64,000 bases of DNA, from positions 16,612 through 80,611 of IMG/VR virus record IMGVR_UViG_3300029813_000255; one strand, written 5' to 3'. This stretch comes from a virus. A program made the translations under genes and the position numbers. Positions within the stretch are counted from its first letter, which is position 1. Each line of letters opens with the position of its first letter. Positions 10,499-19,816 of the stretch are shown here, piece after piece. Below the pieces are notes generated by a model that was given only the letters and a program-made list of their open reading frames with translations, did not search any database and was not told the DNA's origin.

Positions 10499-10926
10499 AA
10501 ACAACCGTTGTATTGCTTTGCTTCTTGTTTGCTTCATATTTTGACATTAAAACAAGAGAAGTCAGTAACAATTTGTGGGTGATCGTGTTTCCATCAGGAC
10601 TGTTATTTTTCAGCTATGCGTTACTTCTTTCGTTTTTCACAGTCTTAACCTCGTTCTTAATAACAGCGACCTTTGCTTTAGGATGCTGGAAATTTAAACA
10701 ATTCGGTGGAGCGGATACAAAAGCGATCATAATAATAGGCTTGTTCTATCCATACTGGATGTACGGTGTACCTTTTGCTATTTTAGCTACTTCAATAGGT
10801 TGTGCTGTACTCATTATTTTTTATGGTATCCAAAAGAAGTTTCATTTTAAGGAGCACTATCCTTTAATCCCATTCTTTACAGTTGGTTTGATCCTACTGC
10901 AAACATTAAGGTTTATAAACTATTAA
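10492..10926 (+). CDS. Prepilin peptidase (A24 family, PibD/FlaK-like aspartic peptidase)
   Basis: ASYFDIKTREVSN (first catalytic Asp) and FGGADTK (GxGD-type second Asp); multiple TM helices. Confidence 0.88.
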   Translation: MLKTTVVLLCFLFASYFDIKTREVSNNLWVIVFPSGLLFFSYALLLSFFTVLTSFLITATFALGCWKFKQFGGADTKAIIIIGLFYPYWMYGVPFAILATSIGCAVLIIFYGIQKKFHFKEHYPLIPFFTVGLILLQTLRFINY

Positions 10927-10931
10927 TAGGA

Positions 10932-11156
10932 ATGAGTATTATTATGGAAAACGAAAGCACGGAAGTAAAGAAAATGAACAAAGCGACAATAATAGGTTTG
11001 GTAGTGGTAGTACTATTCTTTATACTACCTATAGCCAATGGAAACTCTGTCATTCCGAGCTGTATATCAGAGATAGAAGTAGGTGAGTTCATAGGTGGTA
11101 TATTGAACTACTGGATAACAGTAGTGAAGACAATAATTGCAACCGTGAAGTGGTAA
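10932..11156 (+). CDS. Small membrane protein
   Basis: Hydrophobic N-terminal segment; TATA-like AAGGTTTATAAA at 10908. Confidence 0.5.
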   Translation: MSIIMENESTEVKKMNKATIIGLVVVVLFFILPIANGNSVIPSCISEIEVGEFIGGILNYWITVVKTIIATVKW

Positions 11157-11217
11157 GCAGAAAAAGAGCGGAGCGAAGCGTAGCGATAAAAGATTGATGG
11201 GAGTGAGTTAAAATTTC

Positions 11218-11292
11218 AGGAGTTACCGATCAGTAACTCCTACCGACACAATAGGAAAGATACTTCTTAGGAGTTACCGATCAGTAACTCCT
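11218..11292. repeat. Two identical 24-bp palindromes AGGAGTTACcgatcaGTAACTCCT, 51-bp period
   Basis: Copies at 11218-11241 and 11269-11292; the second overlaps the stop of the wHTH gene. Confidence 0.95.
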
Positions 11293-11901
11293 AAAAATAT
11301 CCATTATTTTCTTTAGTTGTTTTGGTTTGAGTGCTGATCTGTAAACCACTTTTCCTTTTGCTAATCTGAACGTTATAAATAGTCCTGCTTCTTTAAGTTT
11401 TTTCAAATGCTTTTTTGTCATACATTCTTTGACATTAAATTTTTTCATAAACTTTTTTATTGTTATTTCTCCTTCTTCTAACAGTATTTCTATTACTTCA
11501 ATTGCATAATTTTGTTTTAGTATCTTAGTTATAGTTTCTTTATTTTCATTATAAGATACTGGACTTTTTGGTTTTTCAGAAGCAAAAAAGTTTATTGCAT
11601 CTATCTCCAAAAAGTTTTTGAGTTTAAAGCTACGTCCTTCTTTATCGAGAGTAAATGCTATTCTTTTCTCGTGTGTTTTCTTGTTTATTGAATAAGTTAT
11701 ATATGTTCCTCTTTGTTTTGCGTCAGTTGTATTTATAGGTTCGCGTGCTTTATTAGACCAATTCTCTTCAATAGTAGGGCTTAGTTTCGATAAGTCGTTA
11801 TAATGGTCAATCCCTTTGTTATCAATCCAGTGCCCTAACTTAGTTGCTCCTTCGGGAAAGATAATATTAGGATTCCTGCTTTTGCTTTTCTGAATTTTCA
11901 T
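11281..11901 (-). CDS. C-terminal winged-HTH protein (candidate Rep/regulator), paralog of 45454-46134
   Basis: YAIEVIEILLEEGEIT...HLKKLKEAGLF wHTH; shares MKIxKS start and VxYN motif with the paralog. Confidence 0.7.
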   Translation of the reverse strand: MKIQKSKSRNPNIIFPEGATKLGHWIDNKGIDHYNDLSKLSPTIEENWSNKAREPINTTDAKQRGTYITYSINKKTHEKRIAFTLDKEGRSFKLKNFLEIDAINFFASEKPKSPVSYNENKETITKILKQNYAIEVIEILLEEGEITIKKFMKKFNVKECMTKKHLKKLKEAGLFITFRLAKGKVVYRSALKPKQLKKIMDIFRSY

Positions 11902-12103
11902 TCTTTTTCTCTCGAACTTCTTCTAATACCTGACCAATAAACCAAGAATCCAATCCTTTGCCTAATAGGTCATATTCTTGCATCAATTCAAATATTTGTG
12001 CAGGTACTTTGATGTATATCTGCATTATTTTTTTTCTACTGTTCATCCTTTTTCTCAACTGCTCCTTTTTCCGGGCATCGTTTTCGTCCCCGCACTGAAT
12101 CAC
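11867..12103 (-). CDS. Small RHH/CopG-like protein, paralog of 45282-45485 (true start probably 12046)
   Basis: QIYIKVPAQIFELMQEYDLL..GLDSWF vs QVYLRVPVFVFDEMQKHGLL..GLDAWF. Confidence 0.6.
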   Translation of the reverse strand: MIQCGDENDARKKEQLRKRMNSRKKIMQIYIKVPAQIFELMQEYDLLGKGLDSWFIGQVLEEVREKKNENSEKQKQES

Positions 12104-12159
12104 TGAATTGTAGCTACTAATAAGATATTTAAGTCACAGATATATAAAGGTTTAATAAG

Positions 12160-12336
12160 ATGAACGAAAAAATAGAAGAAATAAGAATAAGTGATGTAGA
12201 AACTATAAATAAAATAAAAGCACTACAGAAACACAGAGAGAAATACATTACAAAAGGGAAGAAAGTAACAAAAAGGAAGATAGTACAAGAGTGTGTTAGG
12301 TTTGTGTATAATAATTATTATTTTGAGAAACGATAA
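12160..12336 (+). CDS. Small basic protein (58 aa, not in ORF track), possibly DNA-binding
   Basis: Open frame MNEKIEEIRISDVETINKIK...YFEKR, divergent from the wHTH module. Confidence 0.45.
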   Translation: MNEKIEEIRISDVETINKIKALQKHREKYITKGKKVTKRKIVQECVRFVYNNYYFEKR

Positions 12337-12342
12337 AGTAAG

Positions 12343-12861
12343 ATGAATTACAAAGGACATTTAATTACAGGTCTTTTTTGTTTCTGTACTCTCTCTGTAG
12401 CTCTCTTTATGTTTTCGTACCAAACATTTTGCTTTAATGATATACCTATATGGTTTATTGTATGTCTGTTTGCATCACTCGTACCCGACCTTGACCATAA
12501 AGCCAGTAAGATACATGAATGGGCTTATTTGTGTTCAATCTTTTCGGGTTGCAGTATATATCTTGTTACAGGCAAAGTATATCAAGCAGTAATAATCACG
12601 GTATTGCTCTTACTTATTATCTTTTCTCTCTCTAAATTAAAGCATCGTGGTGTTACGCATAGTGTGGTTGGTTTTGTTGTATTCACATTGTTATTGTATA
12701 TTGCTTTTTACTTTATTCATCCACATCCGGCTATAATTACGCTGTTTGGAGCGGTTGGATACCTGAGCCATTTAGTTGGTGATTATGTTTCTACGACTAT
12801 GAAAATAAGGAGAAACAAGAAGGAGAAAAGACAGAAGAAGAAAGAAAATAAAAATATTTAA
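12343..12861 (+). CDS. Membrane-bound metal-dependent hydrolase (YdjM-like)
   Basis: KGH, PDLDH, HRGVTHS, GYLSHLVGD. Confidence 0.88.
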   Translation: MNYKGHLITGLFCFCTLSVALFMFSYQTFCFNDIPIWFIVCLFASLVPDLDHKASKIHEWAYLCSIFSGCSIYLVTGKVYQAVIITVLLLLIIFSLSKLKHRGVTHSVVGFVVFTLLLYIAFYFIHPHPAIITLFGAVGYLSHLVGDYVSTTMKIRRNKKEKRQKKKENKNI

Positions 12862-12873
12862 ACCTTTATATAG
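12860..12873 (+). promoter_or_regulatory. TATA promoter class A (AAANNTTTATA); also at 15942, 24513, 26189, 36057, 38999, 44980, 46685, 48940, 55146 and on the - strand at 8941 and 12141
   Basis: Recurrent, mostly intergenic motif directly upstream of operon-initial genes. Confidence 0.75.
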
Positions 12874-13033
12874 AAGAAAATATATTTACGTATTAAAGAT
12901 AAAATGCCTTATATTAAAGACCCTGACTTTCGGGAGATATGCGTACTGGTGGAAATGATAGGAGAAACATCAGAGAATAGCGGAATCACAAAAATGGTAA
13001 ATAAAACAAACAATATCTTGGAGGGATACAAAC

Positions 13034-13855
13034 GTGAATGAGGAAGAGAGCGAAAAAGAATTTGTTGGTGTATGTGAATGCGGCTGCGGACAGCAAGTTA
13101 AACCAGGACAGAGATTCATTCAAGGACATAATGTAAGACTCATTTTATATGAAGTAAAAAAGAAAGCAGCAGAAAAAGGAAATATTACACGTAAGCGAAA
13201 AAGCGAAATTAAGCTTGGTATTCGTCCTCCACCCGAACCGATGCTGTGTGCATGTGGTTGCGGTAAGAAAGCAAAACTTGGAAATAGGTATATTATTGGT
13301 CACAACCAACAAGGTAAACACCATAGTGAAGCGCATAAGAAATATTTATCAGCTATAAATATAGGTGAAAACCATCCAATGTTTGGTACACATCCTTCAG
13401 AAAAGACCAGACAAAAAATGTCAGATTCTCACATAGGAAATCCTGGGTTTTGGACAGGGAAAAAATTTAGTGCTGAACATGTAAAAAATATATCTAAGAC
13501 ACACACAGGAAAAAATGGCGACAAAGGTTCAAACTGGCAAGGCGGAATCTCGTTTTTACCTTATTGTGAAAAGTTTACTAAAGAATTTAAAGAACGGGTT
13601 AGAGATTTCTTTGGAAGGTGTTGTTATCTCTGCGCTAAAAACGAAATAGATAATGGTCGGAAACTTTCAGTACATCACGTTAACTATCAAAAAGATGCTT
13701 GTTGTATAGACGAAGTTAGACCTTTGTTCGTTCCTTTATGCCAAAGTTGCCATTCAAAAGTACACAACGATAGAGATGGATGGGAAAAGTTCTTTACATT
13801 GAGCTTAGATTTTTTGACAGATGGAAAATGTTTTACACCGAAAGGAGATAGGTAA
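13034..13855 (+). CDS. HNH homing endonuclease with NUMOD3-type repeats
   Basis: CECGCG repeats, HPSEKTRQKMS, WQGG, CYLC...LSVHHVNY...LCQSCHSKVH. Confidence 0.88.
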   Translation: MNEEESEKEFVGVCECGCGQQVKPGQRFIQGHNVRLILYEVKKKAAEKGNITRKRKSEIKLGIRPPPEPMLCACGCGKKAKLGNRYIIGHNQQGKHHSEAHKKYLSAINIGENHPMFGTHPSEKTRQKMSDSHIGNPGFWTGKKFSAEHVKNISKTHTGKNGDKGSNWQGGISFLPYCEKFTKEFKERVRDFFGRCCYLCAKNEIDNGRKLSVHHVNYQKDACCIDEVRPLFVPLCQSCHSKVHNDRDGWEKFFTLSLDFLTDGKCFTPKGDR

Positions 13856-13857
13856 GC

Positions 13858-14415
13858 ATGTCAGAAGAATATGAAGATAGCGAAGAAGAATATGTTAGTA
13901 GCGGCGGTGGAATAACGGCTGGTAGTGGAGATATACAAAGACCGCCTGTTGTAGAGCCAGCAATTTCATTCGAAAACGAGTGGGTTAGATTTTTAGCCCT
14001 GTTAAGCGATGATTCTTCTCTTGGTCCGTTGATAAGTTATATTGAAAGTGTTGAACTAACAGATCGGGCAAAGGCGAAACTTCAAATATACATAATAACG
14101 TTGTTAGATAAGGAGTTTGCAATATCAAGGCTTGAAAATCGAGAGGACTACATGAAATTGATGGACGATAAATATATTTTGGATGCTGACTTACCACTGG
14201 GACTGACGAGATTTGATATTACTCCTGAATTTCAACATATTCTTGATCTGGTTAGAATCAAGTTTGGAATCAAAATAAGGAGAAGTATGGGTGCTGGCTT
14301 TGAACGTAAAATAATAGCCACTACAAGGTCTGAGAACGTTAATGAGGAGCGGATAAGAACAAAGGCAGCGAAAGCAGGAACAATTCAAAAGATAAAAGGG
14401 ATGTTTGGAGATTAG
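13858..14415 (+). CDS. Hypothetical protein (morphogenesis block)
   Basis: Long ORF in operon; acidic N-terminus. Confidence 0.6.
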   Translation: MSEEYEDSEEEYVSSGGGITAGSGDIQRPPVVEPAISFENEWVRFLALLSDDSSLGPLISYIESVELTDRAKAKLQIYIITLLDKEFAISRLENREDYMKLMDDKYILDADLPLGLTRFDITPEFQHILDLVRIKFGIKIRRSMGAGFERKIIATTRSENVNEERIRTKAAKAGTIQKIKGMFGD

Positions 14416-14433
14416 TAGGAAGAGATAAAAAAA

Positions 14434-15234
14434 ATGGTAGTTTGTATATCAGAGGGTTATATTTTTGTATTAGTATTGATAATTGCTCTCTTAGCTATTG
14501 CAATAATTTTATTTTACACCAAGATAAAAAGAAACGCACCTGAAGCATTAATTATAGCGAAGGCAAGGGATAAAGGAACACCACTTGCTCTACTTCATTA
14601 TCCTGAGGGAACGATTAGGTTACGTGAGCTTAAAGTTGAGAAAGATGTACCAGGAACATCAACACCATATTTTCTTATTGAGAAAGCAGGTATAAAATTT
14701 AGGAATCCAGACGGACGTAAGGTCGAACGATGGGAAGGCGATATACCTGTTATGAACTATTTTGTAAATATGCCTGAATCAGTAGCGATAACAGATGTAG
14801 TGGCATATTCACAACTCAAAGATCATCTCAAAGTAAAAGGGATGGACATTGAAACTATTGAAGACCTCGCGTTTTTTGTGCTATCTGAGTACGAACGCAC
14901 TGGTGATATGAATGTAGCGATGGAAAGTGCAAAGATTGATAGTGATGAGACAAAGGGTCGGGTCTTGAATTTCCTGAATTATGTTGAAGAACACAGAAAA
15001 GAACTGGAAAGTCTCAAACTTGAGTCTGGAATCTTTACATTCCAGACGGCAATACGTGCTCTGGACGCAACAATAGCTTATACCTCATCGAATGTAGCTC
15101 ACATGAAAAGTGTTATCGAAGCGAGTATCAGGCACCAGCTCGAATCTTCAAGCACTGACATAATGAAATACGGTGTATTTGTTATAATGGTTGCTTTAGG
15201 ACTGGGAACATTCATTATGTTAGCAAAGGGATAG
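14434..15234 (+). CDS. Membrane protein with N- and C-terminal TM helices
   Basis: Hydrophobic termini flanking a soluble domain. Confidence 0.65.
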   Translation: MVVCISEGYIFVLVLIIALLAIAIILFYTKIKRNAPEALIIAKARDKGTPLALLHYPEGTIRLRELKVEKDVPGTSTPYFLIEKAGIKFRNPDGRKVERWEGDIPVMNYFVNMPESVAITDVVAYSQLKDHLKVKGMDIETIEDLAFFVLSEYERTGDMNVAMESAKIDSDETKGRVLNFLNYVEEHRKELESLKLESGIFTFQTAIRALDATIAYTSSNVAHMKSVIEASIRHQLESSSTDIMKYGVFVIMVALGLGTFIMLAKG

Positions 15235-15244
15235 GAACAGAAAA

Positions 15245-15943
15245 ATGGAAATATGCGAAATATGTAAAGAAAAAGGAAGAAGAAACACTAAATTCAAGAA
15301 TAGTATGGGTCTGGGAATACACCTCGGTAAAAAGCATGGAATGAGTTTAGAAGAATATAGAAACACGTATAAGCAAGCAAAACCAATAGAGAAAGAAGAA
15401 GTAGTAGAAGAAATACACGTTGAAGAAGAGGAAGAACACGTACATGACGAACCAGTAGAACCAGTTGTCGAACCGGAAGTAGAATCGGAGAAAGAAATTA
15501 ATGTACCTGAAACCGTAACACCCGAAACCAATGGACTACAGGAAATAAGTGATTATAGTCTATTAGATCCAGGTAATTTTGTAGCTATGTTCAGGTTTGA
15601 AAATACAGGAAACGAGACATACAAAAAAATTATTGGTATAGGAACTGTAATAGAAGATGAAAAAAGCACTGTTTCATCTCTGGTAATCGGTGACGATGGT
15701 TTAATCATTCCTGTGTTTCTGATACCCGAATTTGTTGGAATTGTTGAAATTAACAGTAAAGATTTTGGAAAAGCAGTTAAGAGCGGATGGATAAAACAGA
15801 AGAAGACAATGAAACAAAAGGTAAAGAAAGTATCGCATAGATCAGGATTATTTACACGGAAAAGAAAGTCTGTTACAAAAAACGTTACAAACGAAGAGTT
15901 AGTAGAAGGGTTCTCAAAAATTTTAGCAAGGCGCAAAAGATAA
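15245..15943 (+). CDS. C2H2 zinc-finger protein with acidic linker
   Basis: CEIC...HLGKKH; Glu-rich tract. Confidence 0.6.
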   Translation: MEICEICKEKGRRNTKFKNSMGLGIHLGKKHGMSLEEYRNTYKQAKPIEKEEVVEEIHVEEEEEHVHDEPVEPVVEPEVESEKEINVPETVTPETNGLQEISDYSLLDPGNFVAMFRFENTGNETYKKIIGIGTVIEDEKSTVSSLVIGDDGLIIPVFLIPEFVGIVEINSKDFGKAVKSGWIKQKKTMKQKVKKVSHRSGLFTRKRKSVTKNVTNEELVEGFSKILARRKR

Positions 15944-16028
15944 AGCTTTATATAGAACAAATATTTTTTCTCATATGTACGAATTTAGACTTCATAGAAA
16001 CGCCTAATAAAAAGCGTAGCACGAGAAA

Positions 16029-19000
16029 ATGGAAACCACAAAAAGAGATGGGAAGAGAAAGAAATTATTTCCATTTGGAGACTACGACAAGGACGGCGTA
16101 CCTAATCTAAGAGATTGTGATCCATTTGATTCCGCAAAACATGGTATATCATATGGTCCCAGAGGAAGAAGTATGCCATCTCGTGGAAGAGGTGGAGGAA
16201 CATATACTGTGGGCGGGCAAACTGCAAAATTTGCTGGTGGACGAATTGTAAGTGTAGGTCCCAGTACAGGTGTAAGTAGAGGTGGAGGTAGAGGTGCACC
16301 TTCCGTATATGAAACATTAACACCATACGGACAATCGGTATATCGTGCAACTCGTGGTATGACACCAAGTAAACGTGGAGGTGCTATTGCTACATACGAA
16401 AGGGCACAGCGCGCACCAGGCACACTTACTTCAACGGAACGTGCAATGATCAGATCACATCTTGCTGAGTTTTCTTCTGAATTCAGACGAAAATTTGCTG
16501 AAGTTGAACGTAAGCTTACTCAGGCTGAACTAAAAAAGAAACTGGCAGAGAGAAAGAAGAAAATAATAGCAGAACGTCATGTTATAAAAAAAGGAGTCCC
16601 GTTATTCATACCAGGTGTTCCAAGCCTACTTTATGGAGTCACACCTAAAACAAAGGAGATGATTAGAGGAATAAAACCTAAAATAGTGCCTACAACTGTA
16701 TCGTTGGTTAAAAAGGGTATTAAATTTACTCCTTTTGGAATTGCCACTGCTCCTGCTGTAGCTATTGCAGAAAGAATAAAACCAAAAATAATACCTGCAA
16801 TCAAAGAATACGAAACCTTTGTAAAAACACAAATACGAAAGACGAAAGAACATCCTATGGTTAAACCCTTTATGTATGCAACTACACGCGAGTATATCGA
16901 AGCAACCCCAGAAAAACAGGTTATAATGGCAATAGAATCAGCTAAAGGAAGAGCATTAACAACAAAAGAAAAAGCTGATATACATAAAGACGTTGTAAAA
17001 GGAGAAATAGCGCATGGTAAATATAGAAAGTTATTTGGTTTACCAGCAAAACCAACACCGCGTGAAGTTGAAGCTGGTAAATTCAGAGCAGAAGTTCTAA
17101 CAGGTCAATTAGCTCCTGCAGAAGAACGTTTTGCGAGATTGATTATCGAACCAATGGGATTAGCTGTGAAGGGCGAAAAAGCTAAAGCAAGAGCAGAACA
17201 GGCAAAACGAATAGAAAGCAGTTATAAAATATCTGAAAGTCATATAAAAAAAGAATGGATAAGTCCGAAAGGAGAAGTTGTTTTACCACTAAAAATAAAG
17301 CCAGGTATAGAAACACTTGCCAGAAAAAACCCAGAAAAATACACTACTCCAGAAGGATTCTATAAAAGAGAATACGTTGAACTTACACCGGAAGCACAGA
17401 AATATGCTACTGCATATGAAACATATATAAACGAGTCTGCAAAACTCGGTGAAATGCCAAAAGCACATCCAACAAGACAGTTTGCCGCAGGAGGTGTAAA
17501 AATGCTTGCTGGTCTGCCTTTAATGCCGATTTTTATAGGACGAGTTGCTGCTGAGACTGTCGTCAAACCAACTGCTGCTCCAGGTAAGGCAGTTGCTTTT
17601 GGTACAGGAATGTATAAATACGCTAAAAAAGAGCCTTATGAATTTACCGGATCGGTAGCCGCAATGTGGGGTTTGGGTGGATTCAAAGGTGCTCCTGTGA
17701 AACCTAAAATTGCCGTTGCCAAATTTCCAAAAGCCAAAGCAGTAAGTATTGGTATAGAAAGAGTAATAAGACCGGGATTCTTAAAGAGAGGGGGATATAG
17801 AGAATATTATCCAGGAATTACAATTGGAAAAGGAGGTATAAAAAGGGTTTCAATTGGTAAACCAAAGATCAAAGGGGAAATATACGGAGATAAACCAATT
17901 GAAATAACAACACCTTTTGAAGCAAGATTAGTAGTGAGTGCTATACCAGCAGAAGCAGCGAAAATACTTGAATCGAGAGCGGTATTGCGTTATATTACAA
18001 AAGCAGGGGTAACAGCAAGAGAATTAACACCTGTTATCAGAGAAACGTTAGGACATCATGGATTAACAAAATCTACTAATACAGTAATTAAACTTCTAAA
18101 AAAGGAAAAAGCAGACTTACATGGTTCAATAATGCAAGAAGCTGCAACAAGAAAATATGGTATTACACGCAGGACACCTGCCGATATTGACTTAAAAGTT
18201 GCCGATATGGAAAGATTTGCAAGAAACGCAATCAAAGAAATTAACAAAGCCGAAGGTAGAGAAGCCGTTATACTCAAAGGTAAAAAGGTTATAATCAAGA
18301 AAACAGGCGAAAAATTATTTGATATTCACGGCAAAGGAGAACCTGGATTGTATGGTTCGATTTTTGATGAAGGTTATATGGGTTTAGGAATGAAAGAAGA
18401 TCCATACTTTAAAACGGCCGAAGGATTAAAAACTACTTCACTTTTAAGACAAACAACCAGAAAGTTTACAGCGGCACAAACAATTGCCGCTAAAGTTCGC
18501 GAATTTCCAATGGCTATGAAAGAAGTAGCTGAAGTATTCAGAGGTATGAAATACACACCAAAACTTAAATCAAAGATACTTAAAGGGCATCCAAGAGGTG
18601 ATAAAAGTATAATTTCTGCTGGAACCGATAGATTACAATTCCATCATATTGTTAAAACAGGAAAAGGTGAAACAGGAGTTTTAATGACTTATAATGAGCA
18701 TTTAGCCATTGAAACTGCAATGGGTCGTCTTGGACCAGCAATCGGAAAAGATACTTTATTTCACAAATTATTTAGAGAAAGACCATCTCTTACACCGAAA
18801 GAAATTCAAGATATAATTAGACAAGGAAAATCTAAGCAGGTTCGGAACGAAATTAAATATATCTTAAAGGAAATAAAAGCAAGAGAAACAGGTATTGATC
18901 CTTTCACAATAAAAGGAAGAATAATGCCTGAGCATAAAGGTAGAGTGAAAGATATTGCCGATGCCTACTTTGATAGTAAAGCGATGATAGCAGGATTAAA

Positions 19001-19541
19001 ACATAGAGGTAGAATAGTATCAGCAAGACAAGCAGATATTCATTTAGATAAGTGGTTAGACTCGTGGGGAAAAGATACCGCAAACCATGTTAAAAGTTTG
19101 TATAAAGAGACAATAAAGAAAGAAGGTACTGAAAAAGCGTGGTTAGGTAGTTTTGAAGAGAGACCATATTCTTTATCGAAATCATACAATCTTGTTAGTC
19201 AACTTAGGTATGTTCCACCTATATCAGCTATACCATCAGCTATACCATCAGCTATACCATCAGGACTTGTACCTTCAAAAATACCACCACCGAAGTATCC
19301 GCCTTCAAAAATACCACCACCGAAGTATCCGCCTTCAAAAATACCGCCTTCAAAAATACCACCAATTGTACCGAAAGTGCCACTGAAACTAAAACCGAAA
19401 CCCGAAACGAAAGAGGAAAAAAGACGCAGACTAAAGCGAAAAAGAGAGACATATTACAAATACGGTGAAATTACACCAATCGCAACACCGGAGCAAATAT
19501 TAGGAGGTATCTTCACAAAAGGAAAAAAATGGGGAAAATAA
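16029..19541 (+). CDS. 1170-aa basic protein with internal nucleotidyltransferase-like domain (candidate virion core protein)
   Basis: N-terminal DYDKDGVPNLRDCDP; RG-rich region; hydrophobic middle; HGS...ADIDL, FDIH, RVKDIAD NTase motifs; Pro-rich repeats. Confidence 0.6.
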   Translation: METTKRDGKRKKLFPFGDYDKDGVPNLRDCDPFDSAKHGISYGPRGRSMPSRGRGGGTYTVGGQTAKFAGGRIVSVGPSTGVSRGGGRGAPSVYETLTPYGQSVYRATRGMTPSKRGGAIATYERAQRAPGTLTSTERAMIRSHLAEFSSEFRRKFAEVERKLTQAELKKKLAERKKKIIAERHVIKKGVPLFIPGVPSLLYGVTPKTKEMIRGIKPKIVPTTVSLVKKGIKFTPFGIATAPAVAIAERIKPKIIPAIKEYETFVKTQIRKTKEHPMVKPFMYATTREYIEATPEKQVIMAIESAKGRALTTKEKADIHKDVVKGEIAHGKYRKLFGLPAKPTPREVEAGKFRAEVLTGQLAPAEERFARLIIEPMGLAVKGEKAKARAEQAKRIESSYKISESHIKKEWISPKGEVVLPLKIKPGIETLARKNPEKYTTPEGFYKREYVELTPEAQKYATAYETYINESAKLGEMPKAHPTRQFAAGGVKMLAGLPLMPIFIGRVAAETVVKPTAAPGKAVAFGTGMYKYAKKEPYEFTGSVAAMWGLGGFKGAPVKPKIAVAKFPKAKAVSIGIERVIRPGFLKRGGYREYYPGITIGKGGIKRVSIGKPKIKGEIYGDKPIEITTPFEARLVVSAIPAEAAKILESRAVLRYITKAGVTARELTPVIRETLGHHGLTKSTNTVIKLLKKEKADLHGSIMQEAATRKYGITRRTPADIDLKVADMERFARNAIKEINKAEGREAVILKGKKVIIKKTGEKLFDIHGKGEPGLYGSIFDEGYMGLGMKEDPYFKTAEGLKTTSLLRQTTRKFTAAQTIAAKVREFPMAMKEVAEVFRGMKYTPKLKSKILKGHPRGDKSIISAGTDRLQFHHIVKTGKGETGVLMTYNEHLAIETAMGRLGPAIGKDTLFHKLFRERPSLTPKEIQDIIRQGKSKQVRNEIKYILKEIKARETGIDPFTIKGRIMPEHKGRVKDIADAYFDSKAMIAGLKHRGRIVSARQADIHLDKWLDSWGKDTANHVKSLYKETIKKEGTEKAWLGSFEERPYSLSKSYNLVSQLRYVPPISAIPSAIPSAIPSGLVPSKIPPPKYPPSKIPPPKYPPSKIPPSKIPPIVPKVPLKLKPKPETKEEKRRRLKRKRETYYKYGEITPIATPEQILGGIFTKGKKWGK
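19223..19363 (+). repeat. Coding tandem repeats (12 bp x3, 30 bp x2, 15 bp x2)
   Basis: ATCAGCTATACC x3 (SAIP); CCTTCAAAAATACCACCACCGAAGTATCCG x2 (PSKIPPPKYP). Confidence 0.95.
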
Positions 19542-19816
19542 GAACATTTCTTAGTGACAAAAACGCACAGTCTGGAGGCGTGATTACTTTTGTGGCTGTA
19601 ATTTGTCTATTTTCATTTTTATATATATGCCTTGGCATGTTCATGGATCAAGTTATTACTATGCAGAATACCTTTGATCTACCATGTACGCAAGAACGAA
19701 AGGACGCGCTGGAGACATGCTTTTTATATTGGTATTCGTTGCCCATTCTGGTATTACTGGGGATCGTCACCTGGATGATAAAAAATGCGCTCCGCGCAAA
19801 GTCAGGTTGGGTGTGA
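19529..19816 (+). CDS. Two-TM pilin/minor-capsid-like protein with class III-like leader
   Basis: MGKIRTFLSDKNA|QSGGVITF followed by two hydrophobic helices. Confidence 0.55.
   Translation: MGKIRTFLSDKNAQSGGVITFVAVICLFSFLYICLGMFMDQVITMQNTFDLPCTQERKDALETCFLYWYSLPILVLLGIVTWMIKNALRAKSGWV

Noticed and set aside
11218-11292. Mini-CRISPR array
   Set aside because: Only two repeats, one overlapping a CDS stop; no leader or ATTGAAA[CG]-type end; spacer end resembles the paralogous locus
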